This document shows positions 39,461 to 52,471 of a DNA stretch of 64,000 bases, one piece after another. The notes beneath the pieces were generated by a model. That model ran no database searches, was not told the DNA's origin, and saw nothing but the letters and a program-made list of their open reading frames with translations. The stretch is from positions 434,001 through 498,000 of the forward strand of contig JAPETS010000019.1 of the NCBI GenBank assembly GCA_026023565.1, read 5' to 3'. The position numbers and the translations under genes were made by a program. This DNA comes from Cirrosporium novae-zelandiae (lineage: Eukaryota). The first letter of the stretch is position 1, and every line of letters begins with the position of its first letter.

Positions 39461-41771
39461 AGTCTAGTTTGTGTTTGTGTTTTTTGGGGGGTTTGGAGTT
39501 TGGAAGGGTTGGGGTAGATTTATTTCTTCATCATACTACATCATACTACATCATGATAGATAATAGTGAGGGGTGGGAGAGGAGGAGAGGTTGGGTTTGA
39601 GAATTGGCAACATAGAAAAGTAGGTGGGTAAGTACAAAAGACAGAATAGACCGCAGACCGGCAGCGTAACATACCATACCACTGATAATAAGAAGAATGG
39701 AATATCGAAGAATGTCTATCTGAATGTCCTAATATCATCACCCATCCGTCCACACAAGTTGGAACAACAATAATAGCAATGGGATAGAAATGACGGGTGT
39801 GAATGTAATAAATCGAATTAACAGAATATATTATTGTTTGTTTTGGTGTCTGTCTCTGAAGACTAGCTTAACTAGCTAACTAGGGTTGACTGGGCTGGGC
39901 TGGATTTTAAGGGGAGGGGCTCGTCCTTTTCTCATTGATCAGCTAGGGAATAGGTAGTTGAAGTAGGCAAGCACTCTGACCCGGCCTCTTCACCTACAAT
40001 GACAAGTTAAACTTAATACGCACAACGGGAAACTGAGTACCCTTGATAATGTTGAGAATATCATCCTGGAAGAATTCAACTTCATTTTCTATAGTAATCT
40101 AGGGACCCCTGATATAGAGCTAGATATATTGGCGCTTTTGTATCTGTATCACGCGTGCGCGTGTGCTGTAGCCTACGGACATGGTCGAAGCCGATGCAGG
40201 TAGTGTGTAGAGAATTGAGATGCTAGAGAGTTGTTGTTGTTGTAGTACGAAGTTCCTCGTGTGGAAGTGTAAAAGTTCACATATGATTCTCTAGAAAACG
40301 GTTAGCATGGCTATTAACCTCTCTAGAGGCTTCATATATCTATCGTCTGAGACCCCGTTCGTTCATATTTCTAGCGGTAGAACATCTCGAGTGGCTATTT
40401 TTTGATAGCCAAGTCAACAGGAGGAAATGTAAGTTCGAGTATCCTATCCGGTGTGAATTGGCAAGTAAAAAAGATTACTGTTCACTAGTTTTGTGGACCA
40501 CCATAAGCAGCTCTTGAAGTAGATACATCCACGTTGTTCGTACTTCACCCCAGGTTCAAGCGGAACCTCAGCCTGCCAAATATGCACAAATTACAATCCT
40601 AGAAGTAGAATTGGTCCGTCTGTGCCTAGTCAATAGCTCATGATAACCAGTTTTGAGATATTCTCACAATCTGCTAGGGCATCTGCAGTATTTTCTTTGG
40701 GGTAGGCGAATTGATAGTGAATCGGTGATTAAGACGGTTATGAATATTGCACTGGACTCATTGTCAAAGATATTTTGCCATTGGAGGGAGACTGCAGGCA
40801 ATAGTTAAGAAAACCTTCAATTGCACCATAGTGATCAAACCATGACTCTTAGGGATATAATTTGGTATCAATTATTACACGCATGTAGATTACCAACCAT
40901 TCGGAAATGGTGCAAATGACAACAGATACTAGGATGGCGGATTGGCGTATACTTTTCTCCGAAAGATGGGGATCACACCGTGGAAACCCTAAAATCACAG
41001 GCAAAAAATCAGAGGTTATTCAACCATTCTGGTACCCAATCAATTCATGGTCTTGAAAATAGATATGATGCCATGAATCCAAGCCAAGACTATGAAAATT
41101 CAAATTCTAGTTGTCGGTACCTGTCAGAATATCAAATATTCAAATTCAAGGGTACCAGGGTGGGTGTCTTGAAAAATGCTAATTCCATCATGTTGCCGAT
41201 GTGCCGGTCCCATCATTTCTGTGCCTGATCTGTCAGGCAACAAAGATATAGGAGCCCAAATGCTCTATCAGCTGCATTTGAATCTACGTGGCTTTTTTGC
41301 AGGTGATCTCGGAAAGGATCATAAAATCAGCTGTTGTTGATGTCTGTGGCTGATCTTGATAGGTGATAATCTCCTTTTGGCGACGTCGTCGGAGCTGGTA
41401 AGTAGCAACAAACTCGGAATGAAAGTTATGAAGGCCCACAATAGTTTAGATCCCATCTAGATTCCCAAGGTGAATTGAATGATTGAGTCATGGAAATTCG
41501 ACCCACGAGGGAGGTTAGAGACCTGGAGAGGAAGATGGGAGATGGGGGATGCGGGGCCGAAGCGATCACAAGGAGTTCAAGTCAGTCAGTCGGAATCGGA
41601 GTCTCCCGTTGAGGTTTGGGGGGGTTTTTTCTTTGGGGACTGGGGAAGCTGGAGCCAAGCTGGTCGTCTGGGGTCCTTTGGGTCGTCGGAGACATTTGGG
41701 AAATCTGGAAATCGATGGATGCCGAGGTCTGGAAAAACCTTGTTCAATCTCTCGCTTCCAACCAACCAACC

Positions 41772-41816
41772 AAACCAGTCAAACCAGTCAAACCAGTCAA
41801 ACTAGTCAAACCAGCC
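41772..41816. repeat. (AAACCAGTC)5 tandem repeat
   Basis: Directly visible, with two degenerate units. Confidence 0.9.
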
Positions 41817-43075
41817 AATTAACCCAACCAATTAACCCAACCAACTTTGTAATTTTTCTTATGTGATAGTTATTAATTCTGGGGTAACGAGCTAGAGGTC
41901 GAAAATGGAAGGTGACAAAGTCCAATCATGTTCTAAAATTCATGGTCCATAGTGGGTTTCGGTAGTGTTGTGAGCGATTATTGAAAATATTGAACGATTG
42001 CGGAGAGGCGATGAAAAAACGAGGAAAGAAAGAGAAAAAAAGGGACTACGGGCGGCTGTACTTCGGGAGTTGAATAAATACTTGATCACTACAGAAGTAA
42101 AATAGGGGGGGGGGGGGGGGGAGGAATACGGATTGGAAGAATAGGAAAAAAATGGGAGAATTGGAAGAGAAATGGGTATTGGAAATTTATGATAATAGCC
42201 GGTAGACCGAACCCGAGAAGGAAGTTTACAGTGTCCCAGAATCAAGTAACCCGGGGGGGGGGAGGGGAGGGGTCCGGGAGTCAAAGGATCAAAGGACTAA
42301 AAGTCAAAAGGTCAAGAGAATCGAGTGTTAGAGGTTGAGGGGTTGAGGGGGGGTCCGTGGGAGTCATTGGGGGTTACTGGGGGTTACTGGGGGTATCATT
42401 GGACCATTGGGAACCATTGAAGCTAATTGAGAGCCACTTGGAGCCTCAGGCTAACCAAAAATATCCCCCCCCGTCCAAAACTTTACTTTCCTTTCTTTTC
42501 TATCTAATGAGGTACTCTCCAAATGTTCTTTTTCGGCCTTTGAAAGGATTCTTCGGCTTATATCTATCCTGTTCCTCTTGTTCACCCTGTTCATCGGGTA
42601 TACCCTTCTCTAGATCTTAACTATTTTCTTGGAAAAATGCTTACTCTTGACGACACTCTAATCTCATCTATATGTATAGACAAGTATAGGTAATACGGAG
42701 AACCCGTAATCCATGACCAAGTACCCACTTTTTTATTATCGACGGAGGAACTTCACCACGTTTCCATCAAGCTTACAAGAGATATGATACGTGTTAGCAC
42801 CATTTATTCTTTTTTTTCCAATTCGTTTATGAACCTGTGATCCACCACACCCGACCGGCCAAGATCCCCCCATTAGGATCTTAGTCCTTTAGTCGCAACC
42901 AAACAACCAAACAGCATCTTCCTAGAATCTCCACTACAAGCGCGAACGAACCTCAGAAACAGCATTACCATCCCAATCTGACCCGAAATCTTTACCACAA
43001 TTTTAAATACAGGCTTGAATAGACTTCCAAGTTCCATACAATTAACTAACTTAGTTATCATTCAGTCACCCTTCC

Positions 43076-43109
<34 letters not shown>

Positions 43110-44445
43110 ACAATACCCCCCCAACAATGCCCCAATGTTACCCACATTAATATCCCCAGGGGGATAGAATGGAGAGGTTGGAGATAGAAGGCCACTCGGC
43201 TTCCAGGTGACGCGGCAGTGGAATCCTTCTCCAGGCCTCTCCCCACCAATGCGAAACTCTATGTCTCCAGGTTTTCAGGTATCCAACACGTTGGGACATC
43301 CGGGGATATACAACATTTCAGAGGAACTATGATGCATATTTATAAACCGATTCAAGTATGTTCACCATGAATTAGAATAGCATACTCGGGATTTGAAAGT
43401 CGGTTTTTGGAACAAAGGGATCCGATTGCTTGTTCGATGTGCAATAATAACACTCTTATCACACCTTTAGGCAGTAAAGGATTCAGGCTAAGGGGAATTT
43501 AGCCCTGCCAGGACGCCAAAACAACTGCACACGGGAGTGGCTTCAGCCATACAAAGTCAAGCCTGCATGTGATGGATCCCCTGACTCGTTTCCTTACCAT
43601 CTCTTGCTTGTTCCAGCCTTCGGATCTACTCATCGCGACTGTGTCAGTCTCAGCCTGTTGGAGAAGCTTCTCTAACTCCGAGGGAAAAAAAAAACGTTGA
43701 CGGCCTATGACGGCTTAAGCACCACAATCTCTTGGGCCGAGTCCCCTGTCCACCCGGCTTTCATCTGGTTTACATCCCCCCCACAATACTGTATAGGGAA
43801 ATCAAGGGAAACTATAATGGGCTATTGTGCTGTGGAGAAACGCCATTTGCCGTTGACAATTGATCCATAGAAGACACTCAGTAGAATAAAACTGATCTAA
43901 TCCTAAAATGCATTGTTCCCCAGATCTATACTCATCCCAGAATATCTTGCCGAGTTCAATTCATCTTCGACTCCGCATTGTTCGTCGAGAGGCTGATACT
44001 ACTCTCATGATTTCCAACCAGGTCTCAAATCCCATGGCAGTGGATGTAACCTTGAACTCTAGACAGGTGTTGGACATGCGTATTCGGTTCTCAAATCCAT
44101 ACAATCCAAGCAGAATGTCGGCATCAGGTCACAGGTCAGTGTCTGAGCGGAGTGGAGAGAGCCGCTTCTCCAATCCCCACTACATGTCTGGATGCGCCCG
44201 CCTTTCTCCTTGATCGGTGACTTTTGTTAGAGAGTCATGATTACTTTAAAAGACCTCACCCTCCCCATGTCTCTACCTTTCTTCCCCAGGCCCCCCTCAA
44301 TCTGAGTTCCTCGACAACCTCAATCCAAGACCTGTCTCGTTGGTCCCCACCCTCAAGGGTTAGACTTTACATAATTTATTTTATATAATACCCCTCGTGG
44401 TCCCTCAGAAAACCACCCTTCGACTATAATTCAACTTTCGACATC

Positions 44446-46113
44446 ATGGGCAAAGAAGAATCGCAGGAGGTCGAGGTGCCAGCACCACTTCCGGTCGGCA
44501 CCTCCGATGTTGAACACACCGAGGCGAGGATCTCTATTCGCGCCTACCTCATTTGCGGTTTTGGCAGTTTCGGTGGTATGTTGTTTGGTTACGATTCTGG
44601 TTATATCAGTGGTGTCTTGGCCATGGCCTATGTGAAGGAACACATGGGCCACAAGGTACCACTGAGTGTGGATGACACTGGATACGTCCTCAAATCCTCG
44701 CAAAAGTCATTGATCACTTCAATTCTGTCCGCCGGTACCTTCTTCGGCGCTCTCCTCGGTGGTGAAGTTGCTGAAAGGATTGGTCGTCGTGTCACCGTCA
44801 TGCTCTCTTGTCTCCTCTACAGTGTTGGTGTTGCCATTCAGGTGGCTGCTACCAATGTCAATACGCTTGTCGTTGGTCGTCTCATCGCTGGATTCGGTGT
44901 AGGTGGTGTCTCTGCAACCGTTATTCTTTACGTCTCCGAGATCAGTCCCAAGAGGGTTCGTGGTCTCTTGGTTTCCCTATATCAATTCGCCGTTACTATC
45001 GGTTTACTCCTCGCCTCCGGTCTCGATCAAGCAACACAGGGCCGCAATAACGCCTCCGCGTACCGAATTCCCATTTCCATTCAATTTATTTGGGCTTTCG
45101 TCTTGGCTGCTGGATTGTTCTTCCTCCCTGAATCTCCTCGATATTTGGTCAAGAGGGGCCGAGATGAAGATGCTATCAGGGCTCTTTCGTCTGTCCGTGG
45201 TGCTCCCGAAGACTCTCTGGAAATCAAAGCCGAGTTGGCTGAAATTCGCGCCAACTTCGAATACGAGAAACAAGTTGCCAGCACATCCTGGAAGGACTGC
45301 CTTAGCGGCGGCTGGGCTCCCCGTGGAAACTTCCGTCGTGTCGTTACCGGTGCTGCTCTTCAAATGTTCCAACAATTGACTGGTGTCAACTTCATCTTCT
45401 ACTATGGAACTACCTTTTTCCAACAAGCCGGCATGTCGAACAGTTTCCTGATGTCCACCATCATGAACATTGTCAATGTTTGCGCGACACCCTTTTCGTT
45501 CTGGGCTATCGAGAAATTGGGACGACGACCACTTCTTCTCTGGGGTGCTTGTGTCATGTGTGTTTGTGAATTCATTGTTGCTATCGTCGGCACAGCGGAT
45601 GAGGGTTCTCAGGCCGCCAATGTCTGCTTGATTGTCTTCACCTGTGTCTACATTGCCGCATTCGCCGCTACCTGGGGTCCCGCTGCCTGGGTCATCGTTG
45701 GTGAATTGTTCCCTCTTCCCATTCGTGCCAAGGGTGTTGCCATCTCCACCGCCTCCAACTGGTTGTGGAACTGTATCATTGCCGTCGTCACCCCATACAT
45801 GGTTGATAGCGACAAGGGAAATATGGGCTCCAAAGTTTTCTTCGTGTGGTAAGTCGATTTTTGCTGCTAAACGGGTACTGGTACTAATATGCTTTCTAAC
45901 AGGGGTGCCTGCCTTTTCTTCTGCTATGCTTTTGCTTACTTCAACATTCCCGAAACCAAAGGTCTTTCCCTCGAACAAGTCGACAAGATGCTCGAGGAGA
46001 CTGTGCCAAGGACATCCGGGAAATGGAGGCCTCACGACACCTTTGCTCACGAGATGGGCTTGGACAAGAGTGCCGCCACCCAGCTGGAGGATATCGAAAA
46101 GGTCAACGTTTAG
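44446..46113 (+). CDS. MFS sugar porter (hexose/monosaccharide transporter)
   Basis: FGYDSG, ERIGRR, YVSEISP, PESPR, QQLTGVNFIFYYG, EKLGRR and PETKG. One intron, 45849-45902. Confidence 0.95.
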
Positions 46114-47392
46114 ATTTGATTCTAATCATAGACAGATAAAATCTGGGCTTGATGCTGGAATGTGTGAATGTACTGGCACGCACTGGTTACGATGATATTC
46201 TACCCACGGTTGATGCTGTTAATTATCCAACTCGCACTCATTGTTATGCATAGTCTGGTGTTGTGCCACATTGTCAATTGACATATGGGTTAGCTAATCT
46301 AGATAATAATCACTATACCCATTCTGTTCTTCGATTAAATGTCTTTGTAAGAGATTTGAAAATAATACTTGATGCATTGTAGTTGGAATATTGTAGATGT
46401 AAGTACCTCGGTGGAGAGGTTCAGCGGGTGCACTATACTACATCGGGAACGGCAATAATATATAATTCTCGTGGATAGAAGAATGGCAATTTCATGCAGG
46501 ACGGACGGCAACTTCAGACTTTGCAAAATCAGATTGAAATGCTCAGCTCGACCAAATACTCATTCTAGGTTGGTAACGTTATCACCAAGCACCTGATGAG
46601 AGAAAAAAAATATATATATAGGGGGGCAAAGGGAGGATAGAAGGGTATCATTACCAGGGAATAATACGATGTAACAGAGAATCCTTCAATATAAAGACTT
46701 TAGTACATTACTAAACCTGTAGGAAAATTTGCATGAATGCCCCCCTTTCTTAGCTTGCTTGGCCTCGTTCGTTGGTAATATTTAATGTAAGTAATTGCCG
46801 GAATCCTTCCAGCCCTGAAAAGCCTCTCCCGTTTTATTTAGCCACTTCGGCTATATCTCATTAACCGCCTTGCTTCTAACCCTTTTTTTCCCCTGGAAGT
46901 TGATCGTTTGATCTCCTGCAAGCCTCTTTGACGCCCAGCTTATTGTTCCTTGGTTCTTGGGAATTGCAAAGACCGAAGAGAAGAGAGAGGCGTTTTGTGT
47001 AACACGGTAAATGAAGGCATATCTCAGGTATCTGTGTAACAATGTCGGGAACTGGAATCAGCCGAAAAGGCTGATTAACTCTTGGAGTCTTGGCCTCAAT
47101 CCCCGCATGTATCTCTGTACTGGGAACCGTCAGCTTACGGGTGAATAATCAATTTCTGCCGTCTCTGTCAACCGTCGACGAGGAGGGATGAAGGTTCATT
47201 TTGAAGGGCCAACCTGATCTGACTTCAGAATCTCTAGGGAACTTGAATTTCAAGTCCTGCTTACCTCCTTTTCTTATCATTTATCCGTCTTTGTATAACT
47301 TCATTTATCGTCTCGATACTATTTTCATCAATCCATCTCTTGAAACTATTAATCTCAGATCAGAGCACTTGACAGCTTCCATCTTCTTAATA

Positions 47393-48424
47393 ATGGCTAG
47401 CTCCAATAACTCCGAAACCTTTTCCTTACCGATCCTCTCACTCCCGGCCTTGTCAACTCCTGACGGAGCTTCTGCTCTCCTCTCCGCAATCCGTTCCTCC
47501 GGTGCCTTTTATCTTACCGAACATGGCCTCGCCTCTTCGTTGACCGAACGCGCATTCTTCACCGCCAAAAACCTCTTCTCTCTTCCTCATGACATAAAGA
47601 ATTTAGCCCCTCATCCCCCGGGTGCGGCGGTCCATCGAGGATACAGCGGAATCGGCCTAGAGAAGGTATATGACCAAAATGAAGTTCGGAGGTTGGAAGC
47701 AGAGGGAAAAGAAAAGGAAGTCGAGGACTTGTTAAGGAAGGTTCAAGATTACAAAGAAAGCTACGAGATTGGAAGCGAGGAGAACAGTGACCAGCCAAAC
47801 CAATGGATCCCCGAGGACAAGTTTCCACGATTCAAGGAATTCACAATGGAATTTTACTGGGCGTGCCAGAGACTCAGCATGGAGGTCTTGGAGGCTTTCG
47901 CGCTAGCCTTGAGTCTTGGTGAAAAGAGCAAAAAGCAGTTTTTGACAACACATAGTTCCGGTCATGGAAATCAGCTGCGTCTGCTGCACTATCCTGCGAT
48001 TTCGCAATCCCAACTTGATACAGGCACACAAGAGAGAATGCCAGGTCATTGCGACTGGAGTACGTTTACTATGCTCCTCCAAGATTCTGCTGGCGGTCTT
48101 GAAGTCGACGTTGGTGAGGGCAACTGGATTCCCGTTGAACCAATTCCCGATGCTATCGTTGTGAATTTGGGGGACGCATTCGTTCGATGGACGGGCGACT
48201 TTGTAAGGAGTCCGAAACATAGAGTTGTGGTGCCTCAGGGGGCGGCGAGAGGAGAAGAGCGGTATTCGATTCCTTATTTTATCGGACCTCCAAACCATGG
48301 AATGATTGAATGTTTTTCGGAATTTGGAGGGGATCCCAAGTATAAACCAATCAGTTTTCTGGATTTTGCGATGGAGAAGGCCAAGTATTCATATCAAGAT
48401 AAGGAAGAGGAAGAAAATAATTGA
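47393..48424 (+). CDS. 2-oxoglutarate/Fe(II) dioxygenase (IPNS/thymine-dioxygenase-like)
   Basis: GAFYLTEHG, HRGYS, HCDWSTFTMLLQD, NLGD...SPKHRV and RYSIPYF. Intronless, and the likely start is the ATG at 47393. Confidence 0.9.
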   Translation: MASSNNSETFSLPILSLPALSTPDGASALLSAIRSSGAFYLTEHGLASSLTERAFFTAKNLFSLPHDIKNLAPHPPGAAVHRGYSGIGLEKVYDQNEVRRLEAEGKEKEVEDLLRKVQDYKESYEIGSEENSDQPNQWIPEDKFPRFKEFTMEFYWACQRLSMEVLEAFALALSLGEKSKKQFLTTHSSGHGNQLRLLHYPAISQSQLDTGTQERMPGHCDWSTFTMLLQDSAGGLEVDVGEGNWIPVEPIPDAIVVNLGDAFVRWTGDFVRSPKHRVVVPQGAARGEERYSIPYFIGPPNHGMIECFSEFGGDPKYKPISFLDFAMEKAKYSYQDKEEEENN

Positions 48425-50103
48425 GATGACTGTTTACGTTTGAGAAGAGCTTAGGAGAGATTAGGGATATACTTGAACAATTGGAGTTAACTGACAAGGA
48501 CATATGAACGTTAGATGGAGGAATGATAAAGGTAATGATAGTTCATTTTATTATCCACATGTCACCTTCGGGCTATGGCGGACATAAAGGGAAATGACAA
48601 ATGATAAAAACAAAAGTAAGAAGGGATGACAGCCAGTCATCTATTACTTGAGACAGAACGAGATTCTGGAATGATGACCATGAAGAGACGACTTGAGACC
48701 ATGGTCTAGTCTAGGTATGTCTCGGTATTTACAACCAGAAAGATGCAAATAAATAGGTCAGGGTCGGTCAAGGTCAAGGGAAAGCAAAGGAATGGCATTA
48801 TGAAGATTGGATGAACATAAATGAAAACCAATAGACCTTATGGGAAATTTCAATTATTTATATACTTACGTACTTAGGTACCCACAACGTCAGGTTTAAC
48901 AGGGGAGCTAAATATAACCTGGGTGGCATCTTGGGGCCTTGGGCATAAAATTAGGCATAAAAATTAGTTCGGGTCCGGAATTTCTCATTTCTCATTTCTT
49001 ATTTCTTATTTCTTTCTCTCTATTGACATCGCTGTCTTTTTATTTTTCTTTATAATTTTATTTTTAAGGTGGATTGTAAAATTGTAAATTAGGATTATGA
49101 ATTGGGTGTTCTTTGCAGGGGTCGCCTACTTACAGAACTGAGGTCACTGCTTTCACCACACTTAGTCACGTGATATCACATACCGAACTAGGCGCACGGG
49201 CCTTAGGCCTTGGCATAAAAGTAATCTTTAAGACTTAGGAATAGAATCATCTTTACAGCCAACTGAAGTTTTCCCTGAGATTCTGCATCACTTCAGTCAC
49301 TTGAGTCGAAATCTGCCTGCACATGCATGCAAGTTAAAGTGAAGTGACTTTTTTTCAAATCCACTAATCAAACTTCACTTTTCTATTACACCTTATTTCA
49401 TACCAATTCAATTCCATGACCATCATTTCAGCTTAATACGTTCTTTACACCTCACCTTTTTTCATTTGAGCTCAGCTCGACTCAACGGATACTTTTTCTA
49501 CGTCACTCTCGATATTCGGAAACCCACCTTACGTACCTAACCTGCCTTCATAAACCTTACCTACTACATACCTTTCTTTGGCTACCGAAAATCCGTATCG
49601 ACTTTCCTTACCTTCAATCCCTCCCTTTTCCTTTCGAATACATACCACATATAAATTTATGTGCAACATCTACTTTGAAAGTAGGGTTGAAGAACAAGGG
49701 GGATATATATACCATACCTATTCCGAGACGTGGGAATAGTACGTGTGGGATCAGTGGTGTTATGTACCCGAGCAGCTTGTATCTCGTGGTGCTCGTGACA
49801 CCCTTGCATGGACTACTGAATAAGTAGGGTAGGGTCTAGGGAGTACAGAGAAGTACAGGCCAAATTCGAGTCATGAATGTACACGAAAAACTCCTTATGT
49901 TCATAGAGTTTTACGTGTAGAGTGAGACGAGTGTGACATGCAAATTCCAGTCCACATGCAAATTCTGAGAGTGAGACATATGCAACACATTGCAATCCAG
50001 AGTACAATCTTCGTTTTCGGCTTACTGGATGAACTACTATCAATTCTCTTACCAAGAGCTCTTTTGTTCAGACTCCTAGATTATCTAGTTCCAACTCTCA
50101 CTT

Positions 50104-51403
50104 ATGGCTCATTTTCGTCACCGATCTTCTCTTGAAGGTGTTATTGATTTTACAATAGCTGAACCTTTGCAAAATGTACAAGGATACAATCCCGCTGATA
50201 TTTTTGAGCATACAATCAACGTCTGCGAACCATTTCAAGCGGACCGCCCTTATAGGCGGATTACTCTCATACGTACCACCTATGAGCGTATCCAGTCTAA
50301 GGAAGCCTTTCTTAGACACTTTTTTCGGCATATTACCAATGAAATGCATCTAAACGAGCAATCACACGAACTAGACTTTTCCCAAGGATTACTCTATATT
50401 GCTAGGATCAATACTATGACAATGGAACAGATATTTGAGGTTCAAAAACAAGTGTCTACATTTGGAGACTATCTTCTTGATTATTTTTTTCTTCCACGTA
50501 AGGTTTTTTCTATTGTTATTATGATACTGTACAACTACTAATATAAATAAAAGTGAGAACATCATCCAAAAAAACTCCTCAGCCTTCACCCGCTTCTCTG
50601 TCATCCCTTCGTTCTTTCCAACGTAATGAACCAGTTGGTTCTGTTGAAAGATTATCTTCTCTCCGAACAGAATGTCTTATACGTGATCGTCATCGATGCA
50701 TAATATCTCGATGTTTTGACCGAAAAGAAGCGAAAAAAAGATTCGCAAGACATAAAAATCCTCGCGACGATGATCATATGTTACTGAAAGATGAGAAAAA
50801 CTTAGGTTTTCTTGAGGTAGCCCACATTATCCCCCACTCATTCATGTCGCTCTCCATGACTAATGGAGAATTACAATTGGTATGTCTTCAATATACAGGT
50901 CGCCAGCAATAGCCTATTAACAGATTTTATAGAATGACTCGAAGAAAACCACCCTGGCAATTTTGAATATGTTTGACCCTAATATCCTACATTCGATAAA
51001 TGGAGAATGTATCGATAAACCAACGAACGCGATAACTTTGAGACATGATTTTCATATCATGTTTGGTGATTTTCAAATTTTTTTTGATCCTATTGAAGAT
51101 CAACCACACACCTACAAAATCGATTCAACAGAAACAGTCGATTCACTCCGTCTTCCAATTTTTCCAATTACTCGAGCACTTCATCTTACTCATGAACATA
51201 CCATTGATCCACCGTCTCCACAACTTCTGGTATTTCATAGTGCCTGTGTCACAATTCTTCAGATGAGTGGGGCGGGAGAGTATATTGACAAAATATTAGA
51301 GGATCTAGATGAAACTATTGTAAAGGCAGATGGCTCTTCTGATCTAGGGCGGATAGTCACGTTAACAATAGGTGGTTGGTTAGACCACGTTTCTGTTCAT
51401 TGA
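50104..51403 (+). CDS. Fungal HNH endonuclease-domain protein (HNH_2-type)
   Basis: RDRHRCIISRCFD, LEVAHIIP, NAITLRHDFHIMFG and DPPSPQLL..H.A. Introns 50498-50553 and 50880-50932 restore one frame. Confidence 0.82.
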
Positions 51404-51535
51404 TCCATGCCCTATATTTAGGTAGAGTATCAAAAGATACTAGCTAGTTAAAATTATAGTATTTAAAATAAATAACAACCTGTTTATATCGTTTCTACTT
51501 CCGTTTGCTGTGGTATTAGGCGAAATAACCCTTAG

Positions 51536-51699
51536 TGTTACGGATGCCAAGCCACATGCACGTGACATCATGTGACACAGGTCACATGACCCACTGTATA
51601 TAGATCCCTGAGCCTTGCACCTTAGATTCTAGACCTTAAGTCATATAATCCACACCAAGTTACCGCTAGATAATAAGCATTATCCTAGGTGTTGTAACA
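51536..51699. mobile_element. Solo LTR (164 bp) with 5-bp target-site duplication
   Basis: Begins TGTTAC and ends GTAACA (perfect 6-bp inverted termini, TG...CA). CTTAG flanks both sides (51531-51535 and 51700-51704). Confidence 0.85.
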
Positions 51700-52471
51700 C
51701 TTAGTATAAACTCAACGACTATGCTCGTTAGCGCAATTTTTTAACCCTAGAGCCTTGCCATAACAGTTAGAATGAAAGAAATAGTCTAGTGGAGGGGTAT
51801 ATTTTTGGGGTTTATAGAAGGAAATTTGGGGGTGTCGAAGTTCGGTATTTTATTTCGTATCGATTACTAAAAAATCTTATCTCAACGTGATGTCACGTGG
51901 AGATAAGATATGGTGTGGTGAATCGAGATTCAAAAATTTTGGGCTGGCTCTGCGCAGGTTATATTATTCGGGTGTCATGTGACCGCCGGTCTGGCCTATT
52001 CACAACACTGGTTGCTAAAGCTGTACTGTACCTGGTTGCATGTTGCTGGGGGGTTTTTCAAGTCGACAAATGGGCTTCCCGTAGTAGGGTAAATGGTAAG
52101 TGACTCCGTCACATGATTAACGCTTCATCGATTCAAGCAGTCTAAGTCGCATTTCTTCCATTCTAACTGTTAAGGGCAAGGGGCTGGGGTTTAACCAACC
52201 GCGCCAACCGAGTCAAAAAAAAATATCATAGTAATCGAACGTACGCCTAACACCGGTTATCTTGGTTGGAAGCAATGCAAAGCTGGGCACGTCTTGACGT
52301 TAACTTGTTAATCATAATTCATGTTATCGTGTCCATGGACATTAAATTAGTTTGTGACATATACGGAATCCGTTGGCCGTAGGAGATGGTTCATTCCCCA
52401 GTACAGTACAATCGAGCGGAATGAGATTTATAGACAAATTTCCTGCCAGTTCCATCGTGGCCCTTTTTCGT

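Noticed and set aside
45004..46050. 348-aa minus-strand ORF
   Set aside because: Antisense shadow of the codon-biased sugar porter, with no recognisable domain.
47201..47392. N-terminal extension of the 407-aa ORF
   Set aside because: It starts at TTG and is pyrimidine-rich like a UTR. The ATG at 47393 fits the start of the domain.
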